Assembly (NCBI GenBank): GCA_050253415.1
Contig: JBFWJC010000003.1
Location: forward strand, 32,001 to 96,000
DNA: 64,000 nucleotides
Source: Pedobacter sp.
Lineage (GTDB): Bacteria; Desulfobacterota; Desulfuromonadia; Desulfuromonadales; Syntrophotaleaceae
Reading direction: 5' to 3'
Position 1 is the first letter of the stretch. Every line of letters starts with the position of its first letter. A model generated the notes under the pieces. It was not told the origin of the DNA and did no database searches. It saw nothing but the letters and a program-made list of their open reading frames with translations. This document shows, piece after piece, positions 1-10,621 of the stretch. The position numbers and the translations under genes are program-made.

Positions 1-146
1 CTAGAAAAGCATTTTTTACCTACGTCGTATTGGCGGAATTGAAGGCTATTGGGAAGCTCAAAAGTTTTTAAGACATAATTCCCTAAACAAATGCAGTGAT
101 TTATGAGAATTGCAAACATAATTCCTGCTCTGGGACTCAAAAAAGT

Positions 147-222
147 GGGCCTGTGGCGCAACTGGATAGCGCTCGCAGCTCATAATCGTGTGGTTTCAGG
201 TTTGAGTCCTGGCGGGCCGACA
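147..222 (+). pseudogene. Degenerate tRNA with CAT anticodon (Met/Ile2-like pseudo-tRNA)
   Basis: GGGCCTG...CGGGCCG acceptor arm with a terminal G:G mismatch; D arm GCGC-AACTGGATA-GCGC; anticodon loop CTCATAA in a mismatched stem; T loop TTTGAGT instead of TTCGAGT; no CCA. Confidence 0.75.
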
Positions 223-644
223 AGCTTTATCAAAGAATGAGCAAGAACGACTCGAGAATTGTAGCGTGAAGGGAAAAATGAACCTTTAGCAAGCTTGTTG
301 TTTGAGTTGTACCTTTGAATACGGATGCTCAAAAATTAGCAATATTAAATTTTATATGGAAAAATCTTTATGTCGAAAACATATGGTCAAAAAGAATCCT
401 TCCTTTAAAAGTAATTATTTTACTATTTTATGGTCTAAATTAATTCTCAAAGATTGCAGATTAACTAAGCATATATTTAAGTATTTATGAAATATATGTT
501 TTTGAGCATAGGACATTGCCGACAGGTTTCGGAAAGTTGTTTTGATTTTTGATTTTATTGAAATAGCACTTCTGTTTTTAATTACAGTTGCTCGGGATCT
601 TATGTGTGGGGCCGATCTTTTTGGAATGATAATACGGGGGTAAA

Positions 645-2744
645 ATGAAATTGAAACTGCGTGGGAAATTGATATTGCCGATTCTTGCCGGCATTTTGAT
701 TGGAATGGTAATTGTTGGTAGTTTGTCTTACCGGGCTTCTCGGTTCGCGTTGGAGGATCTCACTCAGGTTCAACTTGCTGAGAGATCCACCGAACTAGCT
801 AGGCGGTACGCAGAGTTTTTCGATGACGTTAGCGTAAATGTGGCCGTGATGAGCAAGCAGAGCTTTGCGCTCGATCTTTTCGATGAAAATGGCAATGTTT
901 CCTATGCCGGGGTTCCTTCCGCCAACCGTGCGTTGAAGGAAATGTGTGACGATCTCGGTGGGTATGAATATTTGGCTTTGCTCGGTATTGATGGAATGGT
1001 TGTCGCGTCATCGCATCTTTCAACTGTCGGGAAGATGGACCTTTCTCAGCGTTCCTATTTCAAGGATGCCATGGCAGGAAAGACGACTTTCTCTGAGGTC
1101 TTTCGAAGTAATGTGACTGGAAACCCGACCCTAATTGTAGCTGCCCCGGTTGTTAAGAACGGTCGGCCAGCAGGAGTATGCCTTGGTTCTGTAAATCTTA
1201 ATTATTTCAGCAAAGAATATATAAATCCAGTACGTATTGGTAAACGTGGTTATGCGTATGTGGTCGATCGCCAGGGGATTTTTCTAGCACACCCAAATGC
1301 TGAAAATATTTTAAATAAGGGGATTTCTGAATACGATTGGGGGCAACAGATTCTCAGCACTGAGAAGGGTATGCAACATTATCTCTGGCAGGGTAATCAG
1401 AGAATCGTGGCTTATCAGCGCGTATTGAAGACGGGCATGGTGGTCGTTGTAGGTGCCGAAAAGAACGATATATATGCGCCCTTGGCGCGTATTCGTAATT
1501 TGACCATACTGGTTACCGTTCTGACTCTGATTGTGGTTGGTAGCATCATCCTTATAATAGCCAATTCCATCGTTAGGGCGTTGCATTCCGCGGTGGCATT
1601 TGCAGGGGATATTTCAATAGGTGACGTAACTAAACGACTCAGCTTCAAGCGGGATGATGAGCTTAAAGAGTTGGCTGAAGCACTCAATATCATTGCCGAA
1701 GGGGAGGAGAAAAAAGTAGAGCTAGCCGGGCTAATCGCCGATGGTAACATGGATATTGAAATCAAACCGGCCTCGGATAAAGATCTCCACGGCAAGGCGT
1801 TGGTAGTGATGATGGATAAGCTAAACGAGGTATTAGCGCAGATGCAGTTGGCAGGAGTGCAAATAGCCGCTGGCTCAGAACAGATTTCGGATGCCAGTCA
1901 GAGCTTGTCGCAGGGAGCAACCGAGTCCGCATCTTCCCTCGAAGAGGTTTCTGCTTCAATGGTTGAACTTGGATCTCAAACCCGATTTAATGCAGATAAT
2001 GCAAACAAGGCGAATGAGCTGGCAATGCACTCGAGAGATGCCGCACAGAAAGGCAATCGTCAAATGTCGCAGATGGTTGAGGCCATGGAGGAGATCAGTG
2101 TATCCGGGCAGAACATTTCCAAGATAATAAAAGTCATTGACGAAATCGCATTCCAAACTAATCTACTTGCCCTTAATGCCGCCGTCGAAGCAGCTCGTGC
2201 CGGTCAGCATGGCAAGGGATTTGCTGTGGTCGCAGAGGAGGTGCGTAGCTTGGCGGCCCGCAGTGCTACCGCTGCCCGTGAAACGGCAGAACTGATCGAG
2301 GGGTCGGTCAGTAAAACGCAAAATGGAAAAATGATAGCCAACCAAACGGCTGTGGCGTTGAAGGAGATAGTTGAAGGTGTCTCCAAGGTCACCGATCTGA
2401 TAAGTGAAATCGCGGCTGCTTCCAATGAGCAGGCGACCGGAATCGATCAGATCAATCAGGGCTTGTCACAGATCGATCAAGTAACCCAACAAAATACGGC
2501 AAATGCCGAAGAAAGTGCGGCGGCGGCCGAAGAGCTTGCTGGTCAGGCAGAGCATATGAGGATAATGCTTTCACATTTTACTGTGCGTCAAATGAAACGC
2601 AGTCCGGTTTTCTCTCCTAGCAATGGATCGTCTTCGATAACCACATTTGAGAATGCTAAGCATCGCAGGGATTTGCCGATTCTAGCGAGCGAACCTGCGC
2701 CAGGACAGGTTATCGCTCTTGACGATGGCCATATCGGAAGATAG
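645..2744 (+). CDS. Methyl-accepting chemotaxis protein (TM, dCache-type sensor, TM, HAMP, signalling domain)
   Basis: Two TM segments; Cache motif GYAYVVDRQG..LAHP; MCP hairpin IAFQTNLLALNAAVEAARAGQHGKGFAVVAEEVR. Confidence 0.97.
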   Translation: MKLKLRGKLILPILAGILIGMVIVGSLSYRASRFALEDLTQVQLAERSTELARRYAEFFDDVSVNVAVMSKQSFALDLFDENGNVSYAGVPSANRALKEMCDDLGGYEYLALLGIDGMVVASSHLSTVGKMDLSQRSYFKDAMAGKTTFSEVFRSNVTGNPTLIVAAPVVKNGRPAGVCLGSVNLNYFSKEYINPVRIGKRGYAYVVDRQGIFLAHPNAENILNKGISEYDWGQQILSTEKGMQHYLWQGNQRIVAYQRVLKTGMVVVVGAEKNDIYAPLARIRNLTILVTVLTLIVVGSIILIIANSIVRALHSAVAFAGDISIGDVTKRLSFKRDDELKELAEALNIIAEGEEKKVELAGLIADGNMDIEIKPASDKDLHGKALVVMMDKLNEVLAQMQLAGVQIAAGSEQISDASQSLSQGATESASSLEEVSASMVELGSQTRFNADNANKANELAMHSRDAAQKGNRQMSQMVEAMEEISVSGQNISKIIKVIDEIAFQTNLLALNAAVEAARAGQHGKGFAVVAEEVRSLAARSATAARETAELIEGSVSKTQNGKMIANQTAVALKEIVEGVSKVTDLISEIAAASNEQATGIDQINQGLSQIDQVTQQNTANAEESAAAAEELAGQAEHMRIMLSHFTVRQMKRSPVFSPSNGSSSITTFENAKHRRDLPILASEPAPGQVIALDDGHIGR

Positions 2745-2952
2745 TGATTTGTATTGGGTTTTGTATTGAGTGCATTATGTTGTCGTGTTAATAAACCTTG
2801 GATAGAGAAAATGAGACGGTTTTATTTCATTTGTGAGTAGTTATTAATTAATCGCAGCGACATAGGATTTGGATTAAGTGAGAAAGAATCCGGAACGGTA
2901 TTTTTCCGCCGTATAAAAAGGTTGTCTTTTTCGTAGTTGGTGGAGGAGGACT

Positions 2953-3426
2953 TTGGAATATAAAGAACAGGATGTGGACACTTACTTCTCTGTAAATTTG
3001 AGCGGGGAGGTGGGCTGGCTATCCTTTGATGCTCCTTCCCTGATGGGGGATTCTCTGCGTTTCGTTTCCGGGGAAAAAAATGGAAAGCGTTATCGTGTCC
3101 ATTATTACAAAGATACCAATGGACAATTGTGTGCACGCATTTGGTTCGGGCCTGATACTGAGGGGCCTCGTGGGCATTCTCATGGTGGAGCTATAGCGGC
3201 GGTTCTCGACGAAGCATTGAGCCTTGCTGCTTGTGCCAGAGGATTTTCGGCTGTAATGGGCCATCTCAGTGTCAGGTTCCGTAACATGCTTCCCCTTGAG
3301 CATGTTGTGACGGTTCAGACTGAGGTTATGTCGGTCAAAGGCCGCAGGGTTTCTGTACGAGGTCGAATATGTTTGGGTAAGAAGATTTTTGCCGAGGCAG
3401 AAGGGCTTTGTATTGTCATTTCATAG
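2953..3426 (+). CDS. PaaI/hotdog-fold thioesterase
   Basis: EGPRGHSHGGAIAAVLDE motif; GGAGGAGG RBS before a TTG start. Confidence 0.9.
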   Translation: MEYKEQDVDTYFSVNLSGEVGWLSFDAPSLMGDSLRFVSGEKNGKRYRVHYYKDTNGQLCARIWFGPDTEGPRGHSHGGAIAAVLDEALSLAACARGFSAVMGHLSVRFRNMLPLEHVVTVQTEVMSVKGRRVSVRGRICLGKKIFAEAEGLCIVIS

Positions 3427-3543
3427 GGGTATTCTTTTTGAAGTATTTATTGTGTATTCAATCCGATTTTGAATCGTATGTGGGATTTATGGGATCGCCA
3501 ATATGTACTTATGAAAATTTGTAGATAATATACGTCATCTTCC

Positions 3544-3573
3544 AACGCCACTGTCTGAAAAGACAGTGGCGTT
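3544..3573. terminator. Stem-loop downstream of the thioesterase, probable terminator
   Basis: AACGCCACTGTCT-GAAA-AGACAGTGGCGTT perfect 13-bp stem. Confidence 0.65.
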
Positions 3574-4723
3574 ATTGCATAATTGAGATAGTTATGTAAT
3601 TAAAAACGCTTAGACAGTTATGAAGCCGGAGTAGAGCATATACCCAATTATTAGAATCAGCATTTCATTTATCTCTTTAGATGATTATTTCTTGTCAGCT
3701 TTGTATATATCTCATCAGCTAATTACTAGTATTCTCTGTTTTACCAAATGCTAAACCACTTAGACTATAATTTAAGCCGATAAGTAATGCTGTCAGTGCC
3801 CATCATGATACCGTTTTTTTTATAGATGCCATTGTACTAAAATGGTGGCAGATATAAACTAAAATCCAAAAATCAAATAACTTTCACTTTTACATATATT
3901 TTTTGTTTCCAGATATATATCTGCTCAGAGGTTGGTAAATTGCCTCAATGTTTTTATCAAAGTAAGTTTGTTTAATCCATGTATAAGAAATCTTTATCAA
4001 TTTCGTGTAGTTTTTAGAAGTTTTTTTCCTCTTACAGCCTTCCTTTTTTATTATCCCATAAATTTTCTGATGTCATATGTGCACGTGTAGTAATCCTATT
4101 CCTCCCCCCGTTTTATATTGCTAGAGGTACATTTTGTCCTTAGCTACTTAAAACCTTTCTATTGTCGCTTTTGAAAATACTTCAAGCAAAAGGTTCTTAT
4201 CTTCAAAAAGTTCTTCATTCATGAAAAACATGGGACTTGGGGCTGTACATATTTGGCCAGGTTTGTTGGGGAAATATAGTTGATGGACTTTTTTTTTATG
4301 GGGGGGTGAAAAAAACTACTTAACTGTCTTTAAATTTGACAAATCCCTTGTTTGTAGGTTGGGACCTCTTGAGGTGGAGGCTTAGGGGGGGGCGCTAAAA
4401 AAGTTACTTTCTATGGGTAGCTATGTTTTTCCGAGGAACAATATCGCAGTGAGAAGCAAAAGAAATCAAGCTGCAAAGAATTATGGTCCCGATATTGATC
4501 GACTCACCAAGTATCTCAGTGACTAATTGATAAGGATAGAGTCTGAGTCTTAAAGTTTAGATTGTTTACGAAAAACGTTTTTTAGCTCTAAAAAGTAGTA
4601 TTCAAATTCAAACAAAAAATCACTGTATGTGTAACAATTTTTTCAATACCCTGTATGCCAAGAAATAATTTACCATGCTGCATAAGTATTTGAAAACACA
4701 GTGAATTTTATTGTTCTTTAAAC

Positions 4724-4739
4724 TGGCACACAAATTGAA
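4724..4739 (+). promoter_or_regulatory. Possible sigma54 (-24/-12) promoter for the aldehyde dehydrogenase-buk-ptb module
   Basis: TGGCAC-ACAAA-TTGAA with correct spacing but GA rather than GC at -12; IHF-like site near 4683-4695. Confidence 0.45.
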
Positions 4740-5107
4740 AATAGGAAAGCCTGTATTGATGCTATTTGGGAAATAATGACATGTATATTTTGGTGAATAG
4801 AAAGGTAAATTATTTATTAATATTTAAAAGTATTTTTAGCGAATTGATAGGTAGAGAATATTATAAAAAAGATATAATCGAAATGCATGTACATAGTCTT
4901 ATTATTTAACTAAACAATTCACCTATATAATTTGTCAAAAATCCTGAACTAGTGTTACTTGACATGCTTTTAGTTTATAAATGTCGCTTATTTTATAATT
5001 ATTTGTTCAAGTTTCGCTAAAAATGTTTTTGTTCTATGTTCGAAAATATTGGTCAGTATTTCGGAAGTTCAACATTAATACCTAAGTAGCTCATGGAGGT
5101 CATTTTC

Positions 5108-6481
5108 ATGTCTGATGTAACTAGTCAAATCGATTCGTATGTAGCGAAGGCTCAAGAAGCATTAAAGGTGATGTGGACCCTGGATCAGGAACAGGTTGAT
5201 AAAATTGTTCATAATATGGCTGTTGCAGGTGCGGAAAATGCCCGGAGGCTAGCTCAGCTCGGCATTGACGAAACAGGTATGGGGAATCTTGACCATCAGG
5301 AGTACAAAAATTGGGCCGCAACTGAGCTGCTGTGGAAAATGCAGCTCGAAGGCAAAAAATCGGTAGGCGTAATTGGGGAGAAGGACGGCATTATAGAGGT
5401 CGCCGAACCTTTTGGTATCGTGGTAGCAGTCACCCCCGCGCCCCATCCCGGCTCAAATCCTTTGTTCAAGAGTTTGATTGCCTTAAAGGGAAGAAACGTT
5501 CTTATCGTATCTTATCATCCAAAAGCAAAAGAATCTACGATCGCCACATGCCGTGTTATGAGAGACGCTGCTATAGCATCAGGAGCACCAGAAAACTGCA
5601 TTCAGTGGGTGGAAGAGCCGTCTATGGAGGCCACCAACTATCTCATGAAACACCCCAAAGTAAGCATGGTTGCGGCTACTGGTGGTGGCGCCCTGGTGAA
5701 GGCAGCTTATAGTTCTGGGCATCCTGCGTTGGGTGTTGGTGCAGGTAACTGTCCTGCATATATCGATAAAACTGCAAATTTGAGTGCATCGGTTAATACC
5801 ATAATCGCCAGCAAGACTTTTGATAATGGGTCGATTTGCTCGTCTGAGCAGGTTCTTATTTTTGATGATCAAGCAGTTGCCGACAAAACCCTCAAGCTTT
5901 TTTCTGAGAGGGGTGCGTATGTATGTAATGAAGAGGAGAAGGCAAAGCTTTTGGAAATTATGTTTGATCTGGAGCGCGGGGTTCCGTCGATCCAAATCGT
6001 TGCAAAGCCTGCTACTCGAATTGCTGAACTTGCCGGAATTGAAGTTCCTCATGATACCAAGATGCTTTTGGTTCCTGTTAAAGAAATCGGACCTAGTGAT
6101 TACATGAGCCACGAAAAACTTTCACCTGTTTTAGGTTGGTATGTTGCTGACGGCAAGGACGCTGCCATTAAAGCTGCAGTTGACGTGCTTGAATTTGGAG
6201 GCGCCGGTCATACTGCTGCGCTTCACTCCAATGATGAAGATGTTCAGATGGAATATGGGATGGCTGTACCTGCAGGTAGGGTACTTTTCAATCAAGGTTC
6301 TGCCCCCGGCAGTTTCGGAACCTATAATCCGGCGATTGGTTTGACTTTCATGATCGGATGCGGTGCCCGCGGAGGAAATATCTTCTCCGAAAATATTACT
6401 TTTAAGCATATGCTTAATATTAAACGAATGGTTAAAAGGTCTAATCCTATGACTGAAGAAGATAATTTTGGCAAGAAATAA
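5108..6481 (+). CDS. CoA-acylating aldehyde dehydrogenase (AdhE N-domain/butyraldehyde dehydrogenase family)
   Basis: ATGGGALVKAAYSSG, GVGAGNCP, FDNGSICSSEQ (catalytic Cys), EKLSPVL, GAGHTA; GGAGG RBS before ATG 5108. Confidence 0.93.
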   Translation: MSDVTSQIDSYVAKAQEALKVMWTLDQEQVDKIVHNMAVAGAENARRLAQLGIDETGMGNLDHQEYKNWAATELLWKMQLEGKKSVGVIGEKDGIIEVAEPFGIVVAVTPAPHPGSNPLFKSLIALKGRNVLIVSYHPKAKESTIATCRVMRDAAIASGAPENCIQWVEEPSMEATNYLMKHPKVSMVAATGGGALVKAAYSSGHPALGVGAGNCPAYIDKTANLSASVNTIIASKTFDNGSICSSEQVLIFDDQAVADKTLKLFSERGAYVCNEEEKAKLLEIMFDLERGVPSIQIVAKPATRIAELAGIEVPHDTKMLLVPVKEIGPSDYMSHEKLSPVLGWYVADGKDAAIKAAVDVLEFGGAGHTAALHSNDEDVQMEYGMAVPAGRVLFNQGSAPGSFGTYNPAIGLTFMIGCGARGGNIFSENITFKHMLNIKRMVKRSNPMTEEDNFGKK

Positions 6482-6604
6482 TATATTGTAGTTGTTAACA
6501 GGTATTACATAGATTTCTAAAACTACATAAATATAACCTATATATTAATAAATAAGTTTCGCCAATGTATAATATGTAGGTTAGTAGTTAATTATAATGA
6601 TTTG

Positions 6605-6651
6605 GTAGAAATGTCCTTCTTCAGATGTAAATATTAGAAGGTCATTTCTAC
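6605..6651. other. Inverted repeat between the aldehyde dehydrogenase and buk
   Basis: GTAGAAATGTCCTTCT...AGAAGGTCATTTCTAC. Confidence 0.55.
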
Positions 6652-6745
6652 TTATTTAATTAAAAATTTAAACCAATATAACTTATGTGAAAATAATCGA
6701 TTTATAAACATGCTTGAAAAATTATAATATTAAGAAAGGTTGTTT

Positions 6746-7819
6746 ATGCCAAAAACTCCAAAAACTTTAGTTTTAAATTTCGGATCAACTTCTTCAAAGG
6801 TTGCAATTTACACGGGTTCAGATGTAGAAAAATCAGAGTCAATAAGTCATCCTACAGATGAACTTAAACAGTTTGTGACTATTTGGGATCAGTTCGAGTA
6901 TAGGCAGGAGAAAGTACTCAAGTTACTTGAAGAATGGAATGTTGACATCTCTGATATTGATGTAATTTCCTGCCGTGGCGGTTGCATAAAGCCTTGTCCA
7001 GCAGGAATATATGCAATAAACGATAAAATGATTGAAGACATTAAAAGCCAAAAGTATGGTATTCATCCAACTGGATTAGGAAATATTATAGCTGTAAATC
7101 TTAGTAAAAAATATAATATACCTGCAATAACTGTAGATACCCCTGCTTCAGACGAATTTTGTCCAGAGGCTAGGTTCTCCGGCCTTCCACAAATATCCAG
7201 AAGAAGTTCGTTCCATGTGTTGAATCAAAAAGCAACGGCAAGAAAAGTCGCTGCTGAAATGAATAAAACATATGAAGAAATGAACATGGTTGTCGCGCAT
7301 CTTGGAGGGGGGATCTCTGTCGGTGCTCATAAACAAGGTAAGATTATCGACGCAAATAATGCACTCGATGGTGATGGACCTTTTTCACCAGAGCGCGCTG
7401 GGACTCTTCCTGCTGCAGATTTTGCCAGATTGTGCTTCAGTGGTGAATACACCGAGCCGGAGGTCAAAAAGCTTGTGACAAACGGTGGTGGACTTATGGG
7501 CTATTTAAATACAACTGATGCAAGGGAAGTCGAATCGCGTATTGCCAATGGGGATAGTAAAGCTGAACTGGTTTATAACTCCATGATTTATCAGGTAGCT
7601 AAAGAAATTGGTGCCTGTGCGGCCGTTTTGGATGGGGAAGTAGACGCGATAGCGCTCACCGGAAGCTTGTCTTATTCTGACTATGTAATCAGCCGACTTA
7701 CAAAAAAGATTTCATTTATAGCCAAAGTGTACGTGAACCCCGGCGAAAACGAACTGCAAGCGTTGGCAGAAGGGGCGGTTAGATTCTATAACGGAACTGA
7801 AAAGTTGCTCGAATATTGA
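6746..7819 (+). CDS. buk: Butyrate kinase family (branched/short-chain carboxylate kinase)
   Basis: NxGSTSSK, FHVLNQKA, AHLGGGISVGAH, GPFSPERAG motifs. Confidence 0.93.
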   Translation: MPKTPKTLVLNFGSTSSKVAIYTGSDVEKSESISHPTDELKQFVTIWDQFEYRQEKVLKLLEEWNVDISDIDVISCRGGCIKPCPAGIYAINDKMIEDIKSQKYGIHPTGLGNIIAVNLSKKYNIPAITVDTPASDEFCPEARFSGLPQISRRSSFHVLNQKATARKVAAEMNKTYEEMNMVVAHLGGGISVGAHKQGKIIDANNALDGDGPFSPERAGTLPAADFARLCFSGEYTEPEVKKLVTNGGGLMGYLNTTDAREVESRIANGDSKAELVYNSMIYQVAKEIGACAAVLDGEVDAIALTGSLSYSDYVISRLTKKISFIAKVYVNPGENELQALAEGAVRFYNGTEKLLEY

Positions 7820-7834
7820 TAGAGGATTGATAAT

Positions 7835-8731
7835 ATGATTAAAAACCTGAATGAAATTTTTGAAAAAATAAAAAACAGTGACAAAAAAACGATTGCAATT
7901 GCGTGTCCTGAAAATGATGTCACTATAAAAACAGTTATTGCGTGCCGTGAAAAAGAAATAGCCGATTTTATCTTGGTTGGAGATAAGGAAATAATTTCAC
8001 AACTTTTATTAGACGCTGATCAAGATACATCACAATTCGAAATCGTTGATATTAAAACTCATAAGGAAGCAGCCGAAAAAGCCGTTCATCTCGTTGTAGA
8101 TGGGAAGGCAGATGTTGTAATGAAGGGAGACTTACATACAAGCGTATTTATGAGGGCTGTCCTGAATAAAGAAAAAGGTCTTAATGCAGGGCAAAAGATG
8201 AGTGAATGCACGATTATTGAAAAAATTCAAGGTGAAGGTCTTCAATGTATCACTGATTGTGCAATGAATATCAGCCCGAACTTGGAAGATAAAAAGCAAA
8301 TTATTGACAATGCCGTTAACTTACTTATCAAGCTTGGGGTCCAAAAGCCGAAAGTAGCGCTTTTGTCCGCTCTTGAAGTTGTAAACCCTTCAATGCCCGA
8401 TACGATAGATGCAGCAGTGCTGTGCAAAATGGCTGATAGAGGGCAAATTAAAAATGCTATCATTGATGGTCCACTTGCTCTTGATAATATTTTATCTTTA
8501 GAGGCTGCAAAGAAAAAGAAAATTGAAAGCCCGGTAGCAGGTGATGCCGATATTATAGTCGCTCCAGATATGACCGTGGCAAACGTTCTCCGAAAAGCTA
8601 TTACTTTTTACGCTAATAAGATGACTACAACTACTTTGGTTGGTGCCAAAGCTCCAGTTGTCATGACATCTAGAACTGAGCCAGTAGAAGGTAAATTACT
8701 TTCAATTGCAATAGCAGTATATACCTCCTAA
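7835..8731 (+). CDS. ptb: Phosphate butyryltransferase
   Basis: ADVVMKG, DGPLALDN, SPVAGDADI, PVVMTSR; adjacent to buk. Confidence 0.92.
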   Translation: MIKNLNEIFEKIKNSDKKTIAIACPENDVTIKTVIACREKEIADFILVGDKEIISQLLLDADQDTSQFEIVDIKTHKEAAEKAVHLVVDGKADVVMKGDLHTSVFMRAVLNKEKGLNAGQKMSECTIIEKIQGEGLQCITDCAMNISPNLEDKKQIIDNAVNLLIKLGVQKPKVALLSALEVVNPSMPDTIDAAVLCKMADRGQIKNAIIDGPLALDNILSLEAAKKKKIESPVAGDADIIVAPDMTVANVLRKAITFYANKMTTTTLVGAKAPVVMTSRTEPVEGKLLSIAIAVYTS

Positions 8732-9379
8732 AAAACAATTTAGAATAAAAGTACAAAATTTTATAAATTTCCGCGATAAAATAGAAACAACAATACATTT
8801 ATATGGTTGATATTAGTCAGTCAACTAAAAAAGGCAATATGACAAAAAACTAAGCCGCGTGCTTAAAGTCAATCACTACAAATAGTTAAAACTTAGTAGT
8901 GGAAGGATTTTAAGTACAACAGTAAGTTGTATGAACAAATATGGTTTTTTTTAAAGGTTTTTTTGTGTTTATAGAGGCGTGATAATGTGTCAAGCATCAT
9001 CTGCTTGATTATTGTCATTGAAAAAGCCGAGAATGTGGGCTTGCAGGACCTGCCATTTTCGGTGTTCCAAATGGGGGGGATTCCTCCCCCCCCCCATTTG
9101 GAACGGTTTGTTATTGAAAAAATTCGTTAGAGTAAACTATTGTTTTAGATTCGCTTTGGCGCAATTTATGAAATTCTCACGTAAAGTACCAATATTTTCA
9201 ATCTACTACATTTTTAATTTCGATATTTTCCGTGTCACTATTCAAACTTTAAGCCACCTCGTAATAGGACACCTAGAAAATGACGTTACGTTGCAACCTT
9301 TCTTTACGGATATATTGGTTAGGTGATGTCCGGTGCAATTTAAGACAAAATATTCAAAATTTGCATTCATGGAGTTTCT

Positions 9380-10567
9380 TTGAAGGCTGAACATTATAAA
9401 CCAACACATCTTGTTTTTGGCGGTGGTACGCTATCGCAGCTCGGCAAAGATGTACGAAGGTACGGTCAAAAGGCCCTTGTCGTTACTGGAGTCAACAGTG
9501 TTAAGCGTTATGGAACGATGCCTCGCGTGATTGCTAGCCTGCAGGCATTCGGTATTGCAGTAGTCGAATGCTCCGGTGTCGAGTCGAATCCACGAATATC
9601 CTCGGTTGTGCGCGGGGTGCAGATTGCCCGTGACCAAAATTGTGACGTTATTATTGCTTTGGGCGGTAGCAGTGTTATAGATGCTGCTAAGGTTATGGCT
9701 GCTGCCGTCTATTACGAAGGCGAGCCCTGGGACATGTTCTATCACAGCCTGGGAAAGGTGTACTTGCCGACCCGAGCTTTGCCCATCGTTACTGTGCCGA
9801 CCTTGATCACTACCGGTTCTGAAAGAAACAACGCTGCCGTTGTTTATAATGATAAAACTAACCTGAAATCGTTCATCGTATCCGATCTCCTGTATCCCCG
9901 TATTACCCTAGTGGATCCTGAACTAACCTTGAGTGTACCTCAGGATCAAACCGCTTACGGGGTATGTGATCTAATTACCCGGGTGACCGAAGGTTACTTG
10001 ACCGGCTTTGATGGATCGCAGCGCCAGGAAGGTTTTTTAGCCAGAGTTATCCAAACTGCTATGGAATGGGGACCGAAGTCGGTCTTCAATGGCAGCGACC
10101 TCGAAGCACGTACACAAATACAATGGGCCTCAGTGGTCGCTTTTAACGGTTGGGCACAGGTCAGTATCAACTATGCACCGCTGGTGTTTTTGTTGGCCCA
10201 TACCCTATGCGCTTATCACGATATTTCCCACGGTGCTGCTCTGGCGGTGGTTAACCTGGCATGGATGCGTTTTGCTGTCAGGACCCACCCTGCGAGATTT
10301 GCCCAATTTGCCCGCCGCATTTTCGGCCTCCGTTTGAACGGTGAAAATGTTGCCGAATTGGCAAAATCGGGCATTGATCATTTCGAGGCTTTCTTGAAAT
10401 ACATTGGTTGCCCGACACGCCTGCCAGAATTAGGCATCGGCGACAAGTTATTACATAGATATGCGAAGGATACGTTGCTCTTCCTTCGGGACGATAATAG
10501 TAACCTTCCCGGAAGTATAGTAATAAGTGAGTCGGATATTATCAATGTATTGATGTTGGCACTGTAG
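9380..10567 (+). CDS. Iron-containing alcohol dehydrogenase (BdhA/YqhD-like), degenerate
   Basis: PTHLVFG, GVESNP, ALGGSSVIDAAK, VPTL..TGSE, VDPELT; several conserved Gly and His residues are substituted. Confidence 0.85.
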   Translation: MKAEHYKPTHLVFGGGTLSQLGKDVRRYGQKALVVTGVNSVKRYGTMPRVIASLQAFGIAVVECSGVESNPRISSVVRGVQIARDQNCDVIIALGGSSVIDAAKVMAAAVYYEGEPWDMFYHSLGKVYLPTRALPIVTVPTLITTGSERNNAAVVYNDKTNLKSFIVSDLLYPRITLVDPELTLSVPQDQTAYGVCDLITRVTEGYLTGFDGSQRQEGFLARVIQTAMEWGPKSVFNGSDLEARTQIQWASVVAFNGWAQVSINYAPLVFLLAHTLCAYHDISHGAALAVVNLAWMRFAVRTHPARFAQFARRIFGLRLNGENVAELAKSGIDHFEAFLKYIGCPTRLPELGIGDKLLHRYAKDTLLFLRDDNSNLPGSIVISESDIINVLMLAL

Positions 10568-10621
10568 GGAAACAGTGGTTCTGAGGGGTCTGACGTCGGG
10601 GCTACTACAGGGAGCTTAATT

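Noticed and set aside
1..110. Possible 3' end of an upstream gene
   Set aside because: Too short, and no reading frame could be assigned with confidence
302..490. 62-aa ORF, and the similar 104-aa ORF at 9012-9326
   Set aside because: TTG starts, no clear RBS, low-complexity AT-rich translation; probably non-coding
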